NCBI GenBank assembly: GCA_041485905.1
Contig: JBGPKK010000005.1
Span: 1 to 60,725 of the forward strand
Reading direction: 5' to 3'
Source: Vicinamibacteria bacterium
GTDB taxonomy: Bacteria > Acidobacteriota > Vicinamibacteria > Vicinamibacterales > CAVVIG01
Length of the DNA: 60,725 bases
Below are positions 18,713 to 27,104 of this stretch, in pieces. The translations under genes and the position numbers were made by a program. The notes under the pieces were generated by a model. That model searched no databases. It was not told the DNA's origin and worked only from the letters and a program-made list of their open reading frames with translations. Positions within the stretch are counted from its first letter, which is position 1, and each line of letters starts with the position of its first letter.

Positions 18713-18788
18713 GGCCAGGTAGGCCAGGTAGGTAGGGGGCTGCTAGGGCGCACCCGACGTACCCGGCCGACCTGACCCACCTGACCAC
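18713..18788. repeat. word-repeat imperfect hairpin
   Basis: GGCCAGGTAGGCCAGGTAGG on the left, CCGACCTGACCCACCTGACC on the right (16 of 20 positions pair). Fills the lysA-tmk spacer. Confidence 0.6.
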
Positions 18789-18789
18789 T

Positions 18790-19383
18790 ATGACCGGACA
18801 CATCATCGCCTTCGAAGGCCTCGATCAGAGCGGCAAGCAGACGCAGGCGGAGCTGCTGCGCGACCGGCTGAAGCAGGAGGGCCGTAAGGCGCGGCTCGTG
18901 TCGTTTCCCGATTACGGCACGTCGATTGGCGAGGAGATCGCCCGCGCGCTGCAGGGCGAGCGCGACTACGGCCCTGACGTCATGCAGCTCCTGTACGTCG
19001 CGAACCGTTACGAACGGAAACCCGATCTGCAGCGGTGGATCGACGGCGGACTGATTCTCGTGTCCGACCGGTACGCCGCCTCGAGCATCGCGTACGGCGA
19101 GGCGCAAGGGCTCGATCCAGCGTGGCTGACTGAAATCCAGAAATTCCTGCCGCCCGCGTCGATCACCATCATGCTCGACATCGCGCCCGAGACGGCCGTC
19201 CAGCGCAAGGCGGTCGATCGCGATCGGTACGAGCGCGACCTCGCGATGCAGGCGCGCGTGCGAGAGAGCTATCGGCGCCAGGCCGCCACCGGCGGGTGGG
19301 TCGTCGTCAACGGCGAACGATCCAAAGAGGCGATCGCCCAGGACGTGATCAACGCGGTGACGCCACAACTCGCGCGGCTGTAA
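18790..19383 (+). CDS. tmk: dTMP kinase
   Basis: IAFEGLDQSGKQTQ P-loop, DRYAASSIAYG. Confidence 0.9.
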   Translation: MTGHIIAFEGLDQSGKQTQAELLRDRLKQEGRKARLVSFPDYGTSIGEEIARALQGERDYGPDVMQLLYVANRYERKPDLQRWIDGGLILVSDRYAASSIAYGEAQGLDPAWLTEIQKFLPPASITIMLDIAPETAVQRKAVDRDRYERDLAMQARVRESYRRQAATGGWVVVNGERSKEAIAQDVINAVTPQLARL

Positions 19384-20203
19384 TCGCACGAACCTCTGCG
19401 ACCCCCGCCTGTTTCAGTGCCCGCGCGCACGCGTCGAGCGTCGCCCCGGTTGTGCTCACATCGTCCACCAGTACGACGATCTGGCCGTCCAGTCCGCGCG
19501 CCGCCCGCGTGATTGCGAACGCATCCCGAACGTTTCTGTGCCGGCGTGCCGCAGGCAGACCAGCCTGCGTGGCCGTCGCCCGCAGACGACGGAGGGCGTG
19601 CCGCACCGGCGGTCCAAGATGGCGCGCGAGATCCGCCGCCTGATTGAAGCCCCGCTGTCGGCGCCGTGACCCGTGGAGGGGCACCGGCACGACGCACGCG
19701 GCGCCGTCGAGGACGTCGGTGCCGCGCTGTCGCATCAACACCGCCAGTTGGCGGGCGAGTGAGCGCCGGCCGTCGTACTTCAACGAGTGGACGATTGCCC
19801 GAAGCGCGCCGTCGTACGCGCCGATCGCCCGCGATCGGACGACGCTCGGATTCGTGCGGCGGCACCGTGCGCAGCGGACGACGATCGCGCGCCACGTCGG
19901 CAGTGGGTCACCGCAGCTCTCACACAGCGGCGGCGTGAGCGGAAGGATCGAGCGCCAGCATCCGGCGCAGACAGGGCCGTCCGTGGGATGTTCGAGCGGT
20001 TCGTCGCACGCCGCGCACGCGGGCGCGAGCACGATGGACAGGATCGCGTCGACGACACGACGAAGGGCGTGAAGAACTACTGTTGGGCGGCTGGAAGCTC
20101 CACGCGTTCGGCGTTCCCCCACAGGCGCTCGAGGCTGTAGAACAGACGCGTCTCCTGCCCGAAGATGTGCACGACGAAATCGAAGTAATCGAGGAGAATC
20201 CAA
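19349..20203 (-). CDS. comF: ComF-family phosphoribosyltransferase-domain protein
   Basis: CxxC pairs (CAACDEPL..CAGC, CESCG) and PRTase motif VVLVDDVSTTGATL. The only ATG (20203) overlaps rsfS by about 127 nt, so the true start is uncertain. Confidence 0.8.
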   Translation of the reverse strand: MDSPRLLRFRRAHLRAGDASVLQPRAPVGERRTRGASSRPTVVLHALRRVVDAILSIVLAPACAACDEPLEHPTDGPVCAGCWRSILPLTPPLCESCGDPLPTWRAIVVRCARCRRTNPSVVRSRAIGAYDGALRAIVHSLKYDGRRSLARQLAVLMRQRGTDVLDGAACVVPVPLHGSRRRQRGFNQAADLARHLGPPVRHALRRLRATATQAGLPAARRHRNVRDAFAITRAARGLDGQIVVLVDDVSTTGATLDACARALKQAGVAEVRAITAARVVASPR

Positions 20204-20460
20204 TCGGACCGTTCGTAGCCCTCGACGTGCGCCGGTTTGGCGCCGTCCGACGCCACTGCCTCCACGATCGAATCGGCAATCGCGCGAATCTGGCGCGCGT
20301 TGCCTCCCGAACAGATCAAAAAATAGTCCGCGAAGCCCGCCGCCTTCCGCAAGTCCAGCAACACGATGTCGGCAGCCTTCTTGTCCTCGGCGGCCGCGAT
20401 CGCGCGCGTAACGTCGTTGGGAATCCGACGGGCTTTCTGGCGTTTTTCAGTCTTGGCCAT
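20077..20460 (-). CDS. rsfS: ribosome silencing factor
   Basis: DYFLICSGGNARQIRAIAD and DWILLDYFDFVVHIF. Confidence 0.92.
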   Translation of the reverse strand: MAKTEKRQKARRIPNDVTRAIAAAEDKKAADIVLLDLRKAAGFADYFLICSGGNARQIRAIADSIVEAVASDGAKPAHVEGYERSDWILLDYFDFVVHIFGQETRLFYSLERLWGNAERVELPAAQQ

Positions 20461-20481
20461 GCAACCTGCCTGCCGGCTGAT

Positions 20482-21168
20482 TCATCCTCGTGTGTAGGAC
20501 GCGGCGACCAACGCCGAATCCTCGTAAAGTGCGTGCTGCTCAATGTGTTGCTGCACCGCCGGAGTGACCAATCCGGCGATCGACTCACGGTGCGCCCGCG
20601 CACGACGGATGGCAGTGGATGACACATCGGCGGTGTGCGCATCGATCAAAAAAATCAACGTTTCGTACGTGGCGTCCGGCTCCAGCCGGACCTGACCGTC
20701 CACTTCGCGCATCCGTTCCGCCAGCGCCGGCAATCGCACGGGCACTTCGCCGACGGGTGCGCCGGGCCGCGAAACCACCGCGAAATGCGCGAGATCCAGG
20801 AGGGCCGGATAGTTTTTCCATGTCGCGATCTCGACAAAGGCGTCCGCGCCGGTGATGAAGAACAACTCCGCGGCGCTGTACGCCTGGTCGTGAAATCGTT
20901 GGAGCGTGTCCGACGTGTACGACCGCGCGGCTTCGCGCAGCTCGAGATCCAGGACCCGCCAGCCTGGCCGGCCGGCGATGGCCAGCGCCACCATCGCGAA
21001 TCGGTGGTAGCTCGATGCGAGCGGCTGTGGCCGATGCGGAGGGATGTTGGACGGCAGAATCAGGATCTCGGCGAGACCGAGCGCTGCGTGCGCGGCAGCG
21101 CCGACGTCGAGGTGGCCGCAGTGCACAGGATCGAACGTGCCGCCCAGGATGCCGACGCGCCGCGTCAT
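20482..21168 (-). CDS. nadD: nicotinate-nucleotide adenylyltransferase
   Basis: [14 protein letters not shown] nucleotidyltransferase motif, VSSTAIR. Confidence 0.92.
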   Translation of the reverse strand: MTRRVGILGGTFDPVHCGHLDVGAAAHAALGLAEILILPSNIPPHRPQPLASSYHRFAMVALAIAGRPGWRVLDLELREAARSYTSDTLQRFHDQAYSAAELFFITGADAFVEIATWKNYPALLDLAHFAVVSRPGAPVGEVPVRLPALAERMREVDGQVRLEPDATYETLIFLIDAHTADVSSTAIRRARAHRESIAGLVTPAVQQHIEQHALYEDSALVAASYTRG

Positions 21169-22388
21169 TCTTTACTGCTCGCGGGGCTCCGCCGCTCCTT
21201 CACCGCGCCGGCGACGCGACCATCGTTCGCGCCTCGTTCTTTCGCAAGCGCACGGGTGGCGGTGGCACGCGTTCGCCGGCGCCGCCTCGCCGCGTTGCTC
21301 TCCGGCCGGTGGCTCCGCGGGCCTGGCGTGGTGATCGGGATGTCTTCCTCGACGGGCACGAAGTCCACGGGAATCGGTGCTGCAGCCAAACGCTGCCACA
21401 TGGCTTCGAGGAGAGCCGGCAACCCTTCGCCGCTCGCGCCCGAGATGCGAAAGAAAGGAAGACCGAGATCGAGTGCGCGCCGCTCGACCGCGGCGGGTCG
21501 GGCCTCATCGTCGACGGCGTCCATCTTGTTGGCGGCGACGATCTGAGGTTTCGCCGCGAGCGCCGGTTGAAAGAGCTCGAGCTCTGTGCGGAGCGTGTCG
21601 AGGTCGGTGACCGGATCGCGGCCGGTCGCGCTCGACACGTCCACCAGGTGGACGAGCACCTTGGTGCGCTCCAGGTGGCGCAGGAACTGATGGCCCAGAC
21701 CCAGCCCGCGATGCGCGCCCTCGATCAGTCCCGGCACATCGGCTACGGCGAAACTGCGGTCGCTGCTCAGGCGCACGACGCCGAGATTCGGGGTCAGCGT
21801 CGTGAAGGGATAGTCGGCGATCTTCGGCCGCGCGGCGGAGATCCGCGAGATCAGCGTCGACTTGCCGGCGTTGGGGTAGCCGACCAGACCGACATCGGCG
21901 AGCAACTTCAACTCGAGGCGAAGATTTTTTTCTTCGCCGGGACCGCCGGGCTCTGTCCGCCGGGGGGCGCGGTTGGTCGACGAGGCAAAGCGCGCGTTTC
22001 CGCGACCGCCGTGACCCCCGTGGGCGACGAGCACGCGTTGGCCGTCGCGGGCGAGGTCGGCAAGCAGCCGCCACGGATGCTCGGGATCGTCGGTTCTCTC
22101 GTAGACCAGCGTGCCGATCGGCACCGGGAGCTCGAGGTCTGCGCCCATGTGGCCGGTGCAGTTCGATCCCATGCCGTGCTGGCCGCGCGCGCCCGCGAAT
22201 TCGGGATGAAACCGGTAATTGATAAGGGTGTTGGTATGGGGGCTGGCGACGACGACGATCGATCCGCCATTGCCGCCGTCGCCGCCGCTCGGGCCGCCGC
22301 GCGGGACGAACTTCTCGCGGCGAAACGCCAGGCAACCGTTTCCGCCGTCGCCGGCGACGATGTGGATGTCGACTTCGTCGACGAACAT
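21165..22388 (-). CDS. obg: GTPase Obg/CgtA
   Basis: [19 protein letters not shown] Obg fold. G1 [10 protein letters not shown]3 [10 protein letters not shown]4 NKMD. Basic C-terminal extension. Overlaps the nadD start by 4 nt. Confidence 0.96.
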   Translation of the reverse strand: MFVDEVDIHIVAGDGGNGCLAFRREKFVPRGGPSGGDGGNGGSIVVVASPHTNTLINYRFHPEFAGARGQHGMGSNCTGHMGADLELPVPIGTLVYERTDDPEHPWRLLADLARDGQRVLVAHGGHGGRGNARFASSTNRAPRRTEPGGPGEEKNLRLELKLLADVGLVGYPNAGKSTLISRISAARPKIADYPFTTLTPNLGVVRLSSDRSFAVADVPGLIEGAHRGLGLGHQFLRHLERTKVLVHLVDVSSATGRDPVTDLDTLRTELELFQPALAAKPQIVAANKMDAVDDEARPAAVERRALDLGLPFFRISGASGEGLPALLEAMWQRLAAAPIPVDFVPVEEDIPITTPGPRSHRPESNAARRRRRTRATATRALAKERGANDGRVAGAVKERRSPASSKE

Positions 22389-22407
22389 CAGGACAGTCTG
22401 TTCGCGG

Positions 22408-22665
22408 TTACTCCAGCGGCAGGATGCTGATGATCCTGCCGTGCGCGCCGTGGTCCTCGAACTTCACACGGCCGTCGACCTTCGCGAAGATCGTGTCGTC
22501 TTTCCCGAGTCCCGCGTTGCGGCCGGGTCGGAACCGGCGTCCGCGCTGCCGCACGATGATCGTGCCGCCGGAGACGAAGTTCCCGTCGTGCGCTTTGACG
22601 CCCAGTCGCTGCGAGTTGGAATCGCGGCCGTTGCGTGAGCTGCCCTGTCCTTTTTTATGAGCCAT
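22408..22665 (-). CDS. rpmA: 50S ribosomal protein L27
   Basis: [24 protein letters not shown] from ATG 22665. Confidence 0.96.
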   Translation of the reverse strand: MAHKKGQGSSRNGRDSNSQRLGVKAHDGNFVSGGTIIVRQRGRRFRPGRNAGLGKDDTIFAKVDGRVKFEDHGAHGRIISILPLE

Positions 22666-22680
22666 CTTTTCGATCCTGTC

Positions 22681-22746
22681 GAGGCTGGAGGCTGGGGACT
22701 GAGGCTGGGCTTTCCTAGCCCCCAGCCTCAAGCGTCCAGCCCCTAG
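22681..22746. repeat. GAGGCTGG word-repeat hairpin in the rplU-rpmA spacer
   Basis: GAGGCTGGAGGCTGGGGACTGAGGCTGGG ... CCCAGCCTC ... CCAGCCCCTAG. Shares the 17-mer GAGGCTGGAGGCTGGGG with 49345-49361. Overlaps the rplU stop. Confidence 0.8.
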
Positions 22747-23057
22747 AGAAGAATCTCTTTAATGCGCACGCGCGTGTACGTGGCGCGATGCCCTTTTGTG
22801 CGCCGCATGCCCTTCCGGCGCTTTTTCTTGAACACGCGGATCTTCGGCCCGCGGGTTTCGCCGTCGACGATGGCGACCACGCGGGCGTTGGCGACAAACG
22901 GTGCGCCGGCGACCAGGTCGCCGCCGTCCTTCTCGACCAGCAGCACTTGCTCGAACGTCAGCTCGGCGCCCGCCTCGCCCGCCGTTCCATCGAGGGTGGC
23001 GAATCCGCCCGGCGTGACCCGGACCTGACGGCCGCCCGCCTGAATGATTGCGTACAT
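22743..23057 (-). CDS. rplU: 50S ribosomal protein L21
   Basis: [14 protein letters not shown] from ATG 23057. Confidence 0.95.
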   Translation of the reverse strand: MYAIIQAGGRQVRVTPGGFATLDGTAGEAGAELTFEQVLLVEKDGGDLVAGAPFVANARVVAIVDGETRGPKIRVFKKKRRKGMRRTKGHRATYTRVRIKEILL

Positions 23058-23082
23058 AATCGGCACCCGCGCAAAAGGATAA

Positions 23083-23136
23083 GTCTACAACTGAAGCGAC
23101 TCACTTGTAAAGGGAAGTGACTCAGTTGTAAAGGGT
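23083..23136 (-). promoter_or_regulatory. candidate rplU operon promoter with duplicated -35-containing 17-mer
   Basis: On the minus strand: TTTACA (23107-23112), 18 nt, TAGACT (23083-23088). Direct repeat GACTCA(C/G)TTGTAAAGGG at 23099-23115 and 23120-23136. Confidence 0.4.
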
Positions 23137-23181
23137 TAGGGCGGTAGGGGGTAGTATTCTCACATACAGAGGCACTTACGA

Positions 23182-23418
23182 ATGCGGAGTTCGCCCGGCA
23201 TCTGGATCGTGTTCGTTGCTCTTGGCGTGGCTCTGTGGCTATCCAGTGTTGGAATCTTCAGCCACCCGCTTTTTCGGATGGCCCTCGGGCTCGGCATAAT
23301 GATCTGGAGCGGTTACGCTCCTCGGTTCTTAGGACGGCGACCTGTAACCGCAAACGCTACAAAGCCCCCGGCAGCTAAAACCAGCCCGGCCACGACACGT
23401 ATGAACGCGGATCCTTGA
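23182..23418 (+). CDS. possible small 2-TM membrane protein
   Basis: The N-terminal 45 aa are hydrophobic (IWIVFVALGVALWLSSVGIF, ALGLGIMIW). The last roughly 105 nt overlap the convergent 131-aa gene, so the extent is doubtful. Confidence 0.3.
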   Translation: MRSSPGIWIVFVALGVALWLSSVGIFSHPLFRMALGLGIMIWSGYAPRFLGRRPVTANATKPPAAKTSPATTRMNADP

Positions 23419-23708
23419 GTGGACTCCCAGTCGAGGATCGCTCGCGCGCGCTCAACTCCGAAGAGTGGCGTCACCAGTCCCGCCACGAGCACAACCGCTC
23501 CAACCACACGAAGGGTCCTGGGCACACGAGAGTTTGGCGCGACCAGCATCAGCACGAGCCCGCCGGCAACTCGAACGGCGGCGATCACGTAGAGTCCGAC
23601 AGGCGTCACCACGTATCGCCCAATGGTGGTCAGACTATCGGGCGTGAAGATGCCCACCACGCCGACAACGATGGCGAAGAGAGCGACGAGCAACGCGGCA
23701 ATTCTCAT
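23313..23708 (-). CDS. hypothetical 4-TM membrane protein
   Basis: Four hydrophobic helices. No family recognised. Confidence 0.6.
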   Translation of the reverse strand: MRIAALLVALFAIVVGVVGIFTPDSLTTIGRYVVTPVGLYVIAAVRVAGGLVLMLVAPNSRVPRTLRVVGAVVLVAGLVTPLFGVERARAILDWESTQGSAFIRVVAGLVLAAGGFVAFAVTGRRPKNRGA

Positions 23709-23922
23709 GTCTTTCTACCTCCAGAACAGACCGACGATTTCGTCGATACTCCCTTGGCGTCGTCCCGGAACGGCGGACGTTGGGCTGGGAAGTCCGAGAG
23801 AACAGGAGCACCGTAAGAATCGCTCCAGTGGCCACGCTGACTGGATGCCAGCCGTGCTTGTGCACATTGAGGAAGAGGGTGACAAGCACGCGGCCCCATC
23901 AGTCGATACAGATAGGCTCGAA

Positions 23923-24135
23923 TCATCTGGATTCTCCATTCAAGCAGTTCCGACGATTTGCTGCGAACAGCGCCGCGCCGTAGGACACATACGGCCGGGC
24001 GGCAAAGCCTGTCAGCCACAGAAGCAGCAGGATAGCAGTCCACTTCAGTCCGAGCTCACGGGAAGACCAACCCAGGACGATGAGAACCCAAAAGATCGCG
24101 TGAGCGAGCAGTGCCGCGAGGGCGGGTGAGCCCAC
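23923..24135 (-). CDS. hypothetical small membrane protein (70 aa)
   Basis: GTG start. Two hydrophobic helices (AALLAHAIFWVLIVLGW, WTAILLLLWLTGFAA). Confidence 0.4.
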   Translation of the reverse strand: MGSPALAALLAHAIFWVLIVLGWSSRELGLKWTAILLLLWLTGFAARPYVSYGAALFAANRRNCLNGESR

Positions 24136-24139
24136 GTCG

Positions 24140-24217
24140 TTATGGTGACCGCAGCCGATGTAGGCCGAGCAGCAGGACGGCGACCGCCAGCAACACGAGC
24201 AGTTCCGGTAGTGTCAT
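24140..24217 (-). CDS. 25-aa single-TM mini-ORF
   Basis: Hand translation gives MTLPELLVLLAVAVLLLGLHRLRSP*. Its ATG overlaps the TGA of the upstream 87-aa ORF (ATGA). It is below the ORF-track length cutoff. Confidence 0.3.
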   Translation of the reverse strand: MTLPELLVLLAVAVLLLGLHRLRSP

Positions 24218-24477
24218 TGCGGCCCTTCGAGCTCAGGCAGGTTGCCGTCCCGATCTTCGGGGTCACGCTCCCCGGTTCGTTCTCCGATGATGATCTCGAT
24301 CGCCGCCCGGCGGTCGTCGCTCAGAATCTCGTGCATCATCGCCGCGGCGGCGGGTCCAGGCGTGACGTGCTTGCGGCGCAGCCGCCAGGCGCCGACGACC
24401 AACGCCACCATCAACAACAGATAGATGCCGCCGATGTAAGTTCCCACCACAAGTCCCCCGCGTGGCGCGCGCGCCAA
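24214..24477 (-). CDS. hypothetical membrane-anchored small protein (87 aa or shorter)
   Basis: One TM helix (IGGIYLLLMVALVVGAW) followed by an acidic tail. TTG/GTG start is uncertain. Confidence 0.45.
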   Translation of the reverse strand: MARAPRGGLVVGTYIGGIYLLLMVALVVGAWRLRRKHVTPGPAAAAMMHEILSDDRRAAIEIIIGERTGERDPEDRDGNLPELEGPQ

Positions 24478-24559
24478 CGCTGATCCAAGAGTGATCGTGT
24501 CGATGGTAGCGCGGGGAGGCCCAGTCTGGGCGTCGACGGAGGACCCGGCCAGGGAAGGT

Positions 24560-25423
24560 CTACTTCAGGAGAACGCGGGTGCCTTTGATCTTCTGGCTGC
24601 TGAGGATGCTCAGGAAGTTCGGCACGAGCCGATCCATGAGCTCGAAATACGAGGACAGCGCGGGCGTGTTCTGTTGGGCGGGGTACAGGATCTCTTCGCG
24701 ATAGCTCTCCGAGGCCACCGTCGCGCCGGTCCGGCCGTCGATGAAGACGAATTTCGGACGCAGCACGAACCCCTTGCGTTCCATGTACGTGCGCATGGGG
24801 CGCACGCTGCGCCGGCCGAACTGATCGTACACTTCCTGATCGCGCTGCACGAACCCCGCGCTCGATCGCGGCATAAACAGCACCGTGCCGGTGACGATGA
24901 GCGGGTTCTGGTATTCCTCGCCGATCATCTTCCAGTACGTCACGTTGGCGAAGAGCCGTTCGTACGGTTCGAGATCCTTCTCGTCTTTGATGCGCTGAGG
25001 CAGCGGCAAGGCCTGGCCGGACGTGGGGCTCGTGCCGGCGCCGGTCGCCGCGCCCGCTGACCCGGACGCGCCCGCGTCAACTGTTCCCGCCTCCGCGACG
25101 TTCGCCGTCTTGTTCTGATCCTGCGCGATGTCCATGAGCGGCATCACGTCGGCGTCAATGACCTTCAACGACGACTTGTTGCGGAGCTGACTGCGCAGCA
25201 GGCGGACGGTTTCCTGATTCGTGTCGAGGTCCTCGCTGCCGCCCGCCACGAAGCCGGCGATCAGGACGCGCTGGAATGCGGACACATCGAGCTTGGGCTG
25301 AATCGGCGTCTCGATGGGGATTTCAAACGTGTCGGGACCGCACGCGATCATCGTCGCTGCCCCGAGAGCGGCGAGCGCGCCGGCGAGCAGCCTACTGTTC
25401 TTTCGCCGAACCGGAGCGGTCAT
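24560..25423 (-). CDS. hypothetical lipoprotein
   Basis: Start ATG 25423 (MTAPVRRKNSRLLAGALAALGAATMIACG lipobox). Overlaps the 3' end of the TPR gene by 32 nt. No family recognised. Confidence 0.7.
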   Translation of the reverse strand: MTAPVRRKNSRLLAGALAALGAATMIACGPDTFEIPIETPIQPKLDVSAFQRVLIAGFVAGGSEDLDTNQETVRLLRSQLRNKSSLKVIDADVMPLMDIAQDQNKTANVAEAGTVDAGASGSAGAATGAGTSPTSGQALPLPQRIKDEKDLEPYERLFANVTYWKMIGEEYQNPLIVTGTVLFMPRSSAGFVQRDQEVYDQFGRRSVRPMRTYMERKGFVLRPKFVFIDGRTGATVASESYREEILYPAQQNTPALSSYFELMDRLVPNFLSILSSQKIKGTRVLLK

Positions 25424-25754
25424 TGATTTCCTTGAAGAGCTCGAAATTCTGTTTGATCTCGCTGTTGTTCGGGTCGAGCTCGAGCGCCTTCCCGTAGGCC
25501 TTGCGCGCCTTCTCCAACTGCCCTTCGTGCTCGTACGCGATCGCGAGGTCGTTGAACGCGGCGGCGTAGCTCGGATCGAGCTCCACGGCTTTTTCCCAGC
25601 GGTAGATGGCTTCCCGCCACAGACCGCGCTGGGCGACGTTGATGCCGAAGGCGACCTGGGCTTTCGCGTCCGCCCGCGCGTCGGCGAACGCCGGAGAGCC
25701 CGACAGCGTCGCCCCGGCGACAACGACGGCGAAGATCGCCAAACGTGCCTTCAT
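25392..25754 (-). CDS. small secreted TPR-repeat protein
   Basis: Signal peptide MKARLAIFAVVVAGATLSG from ATG 25754. TPR repeats (AAFNDLAIAYEHEGQLEKARKAYGKALELDPNN). Confidence 0.8.
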   Translation of the reverse strand: MKARLAIFAVVVAGATLSGSPAFADARADAKAQVAFGINVAQRGLWREAIYRWEKAVELDPSYAAAFNDLAIAYEHEGQLEKARKAYGKALELDPNNSEIKQNFELFKEINDRSGSAKEQ

Positions 25755-25923
25755 GTTCGGAATGTGTCCAATATAGTCATTCGCGTTGCGAGCACGCAAG
25801 GCATTTGACACCGTTCTCGCGGCTCGACAGAGCAAGCGATGTGCCACGCCTCAGCTCGAAAATCCTGCATGTTTCTCGCGATCCGATCCCGGCCATTTAC
25901 CAAATCGGTCTACAATGGGTGTC

Positions 25924-25973
25924 AGGAGGTCGGGCCCGCATGCACGTGCGGTGGCCGCGACCTCCTCTTTTTT
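25924..25973 (+). terminator. canonical intrinsic terminator-like hairpin with U tract
   Basis: AGGAGGTCG (25924-25932) pairs with CGACCTCCT (25958-25966). Inner stem CCGCA/TGCGG. Followed by CTTTTTT. Lies 29 nt upstream of the dprA ATG, with no annotated + strand gene upstream. Confidence 0.55.
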
Positions 25974-26001
25974 GAGTCGCGCCGGCCGCGGAGGCGCGCT
26001 C

Positions 26002-27075
26002 ATGACTGAGGGTCCGACACGCGACGCCACGCCTTTTATCGAGTTCATTGCGCTCTCCCTGCTCCCGATTCCAGTCTGGCGGGACGTCGGCGAACGGCTT
26101 CGGGCCGGTGACGCGCCCGCGGCGGCACTGGGTCGAGTGCTTGCGGAGCGGTGGCCGCTCGATCACCACAAGCGTGGGGACCTGATGTCCCGGGCGGCGG
26201 CGGCGCTCGAACAAGGGATGGACCGTGGGCTCACGCCGATCGTGTGGAGCGACACGGCGTATCCGCCGTCGCTTGCGGCGATCATCGATCCGCCGCCGGT
26301 CCTGTGGACGCGGGGATCGCCGGCGGCGCTGCAGCAGCCGGCCGTGGCGATCGTGGGATCGCGGGCGGCGTCGCCCTACGCGCTCGACGTAGCCGACCGT
26401 CTCGCCGCGGATCTCGCCGCGCGCGGCCTGACGATCGTGAGCGGGCTGGCGCGGGGCGTCGATTCCGCCGCGCATCGCGGCGCCCTGTCGGCCGGAGGAT
26501 CCACCATCGCCGTGCTCGGATGCGGCGCCGACATCGTCTATCCGCCGGAGCACGCGAGGCTGGCGCGCGAGATCGAGCCGCAGGGATTGATCGTGAGCGA
26601 GCTGGTGCCTGGCACGATCCCGTTCCCGCGCTTTTTTCCGCAGCGCAATCGGATTATCAGCGGCTTGTCGCGCGCCGTCGTCATTGTCGAAGCGGGGGAG
26701 CGCAGCGGATCCCTGATTACCGCGCGATGCGCCCTCGAGCAGGGCCGCGACGTGCTGGCGGTGCCGGGCAACGTGCTGAGCGAACGTAACCGAGGCGGCC
26801 ACGCGCTGCTGCGCGACGGTGCAAAGCTTGTGGAGACCGCGGACGATATCTTGGAGGAGCTCAACGGGGTCGGGAGCCGTCCGCATGCTGAGGGAAGGCT
26901 TCCGCCGCCAGCGGACCCGCTGCTGGCGTTGTTGCCGCCGGGAGAAGCGTGCGATCTCGACGGGATTTCGGACCGATCGGGTCTGAGTCCCTCGCGCCTT
27001 CTACCGCGTTTATTCGAACTGGAACTGCAGGGTCTGGTCCGGCGGGCGGGCGCCGGCCGGTTCATCCGGGTTTGA
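26002..27075 (+). CDS. dprA: DNA-processing protein DprA/Smf
   Basis: IVGSRAASPYA, SGLARGVDSAAHRGAL, GCGADIVYPPEH, FPQRNRIISGLS. Start ATG 26002. Confidence 0.93.
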   Translation: MTEGPTRDATPFIEFIALSLLPIPVWRDVGERLRAGDAPAAALGRVLAERWPLDHHKRGDLMSRAAAALEQGMDRGLTPIVWSDTAYPPSLAAIIDPPPVLWTRGSPAALQQPAVAIVGSRAASPYALDVADRLAADLAARGLTIVSGLARGVDSAAHRGALSAGGSTIAVLGCGADIVYPPEHARLAREIEPQGLIVSELVPGTIPFPRFFPQRNRIISGLSRAVVIVEAGERSGSLITARCALEQGRDVLAVPGNVLSERNRGGHALLRDGAKLVETADDILEELNGVGSRPHAEGRLPPPADPLLALLPPGEACDLDGISDRSGLSPSRLLPRLFELELQGLVRRAGAGRFIRV

Positions 27076-27104
27076 CAGACCGTGTTAGGGTGAGAAGAGA
27101 AGGT

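Noticed and set aside
16839-18806. 655-aa minus-strand ORF
   Set aside because: It is antisense to lysA and out of frame with the ECF sigma. No motifs.
24214-24477. Similarity of the 87-aa ORF to CcoS/FixS or DUF6191-type small proteins
   Set aside because: Only compositional resemblance (a TM helix plus an acidic tail, HEILSDD). The diagnostic motifs are absent.
25745-25975. 76-aa + strand ORF ending at the orphan terminator
   Set aside because: It overlaps the TPR gene start, has no RBS or motifs, and has Arg/Ser-rich shadow-like composition. A non-coding transcript is more plausible.
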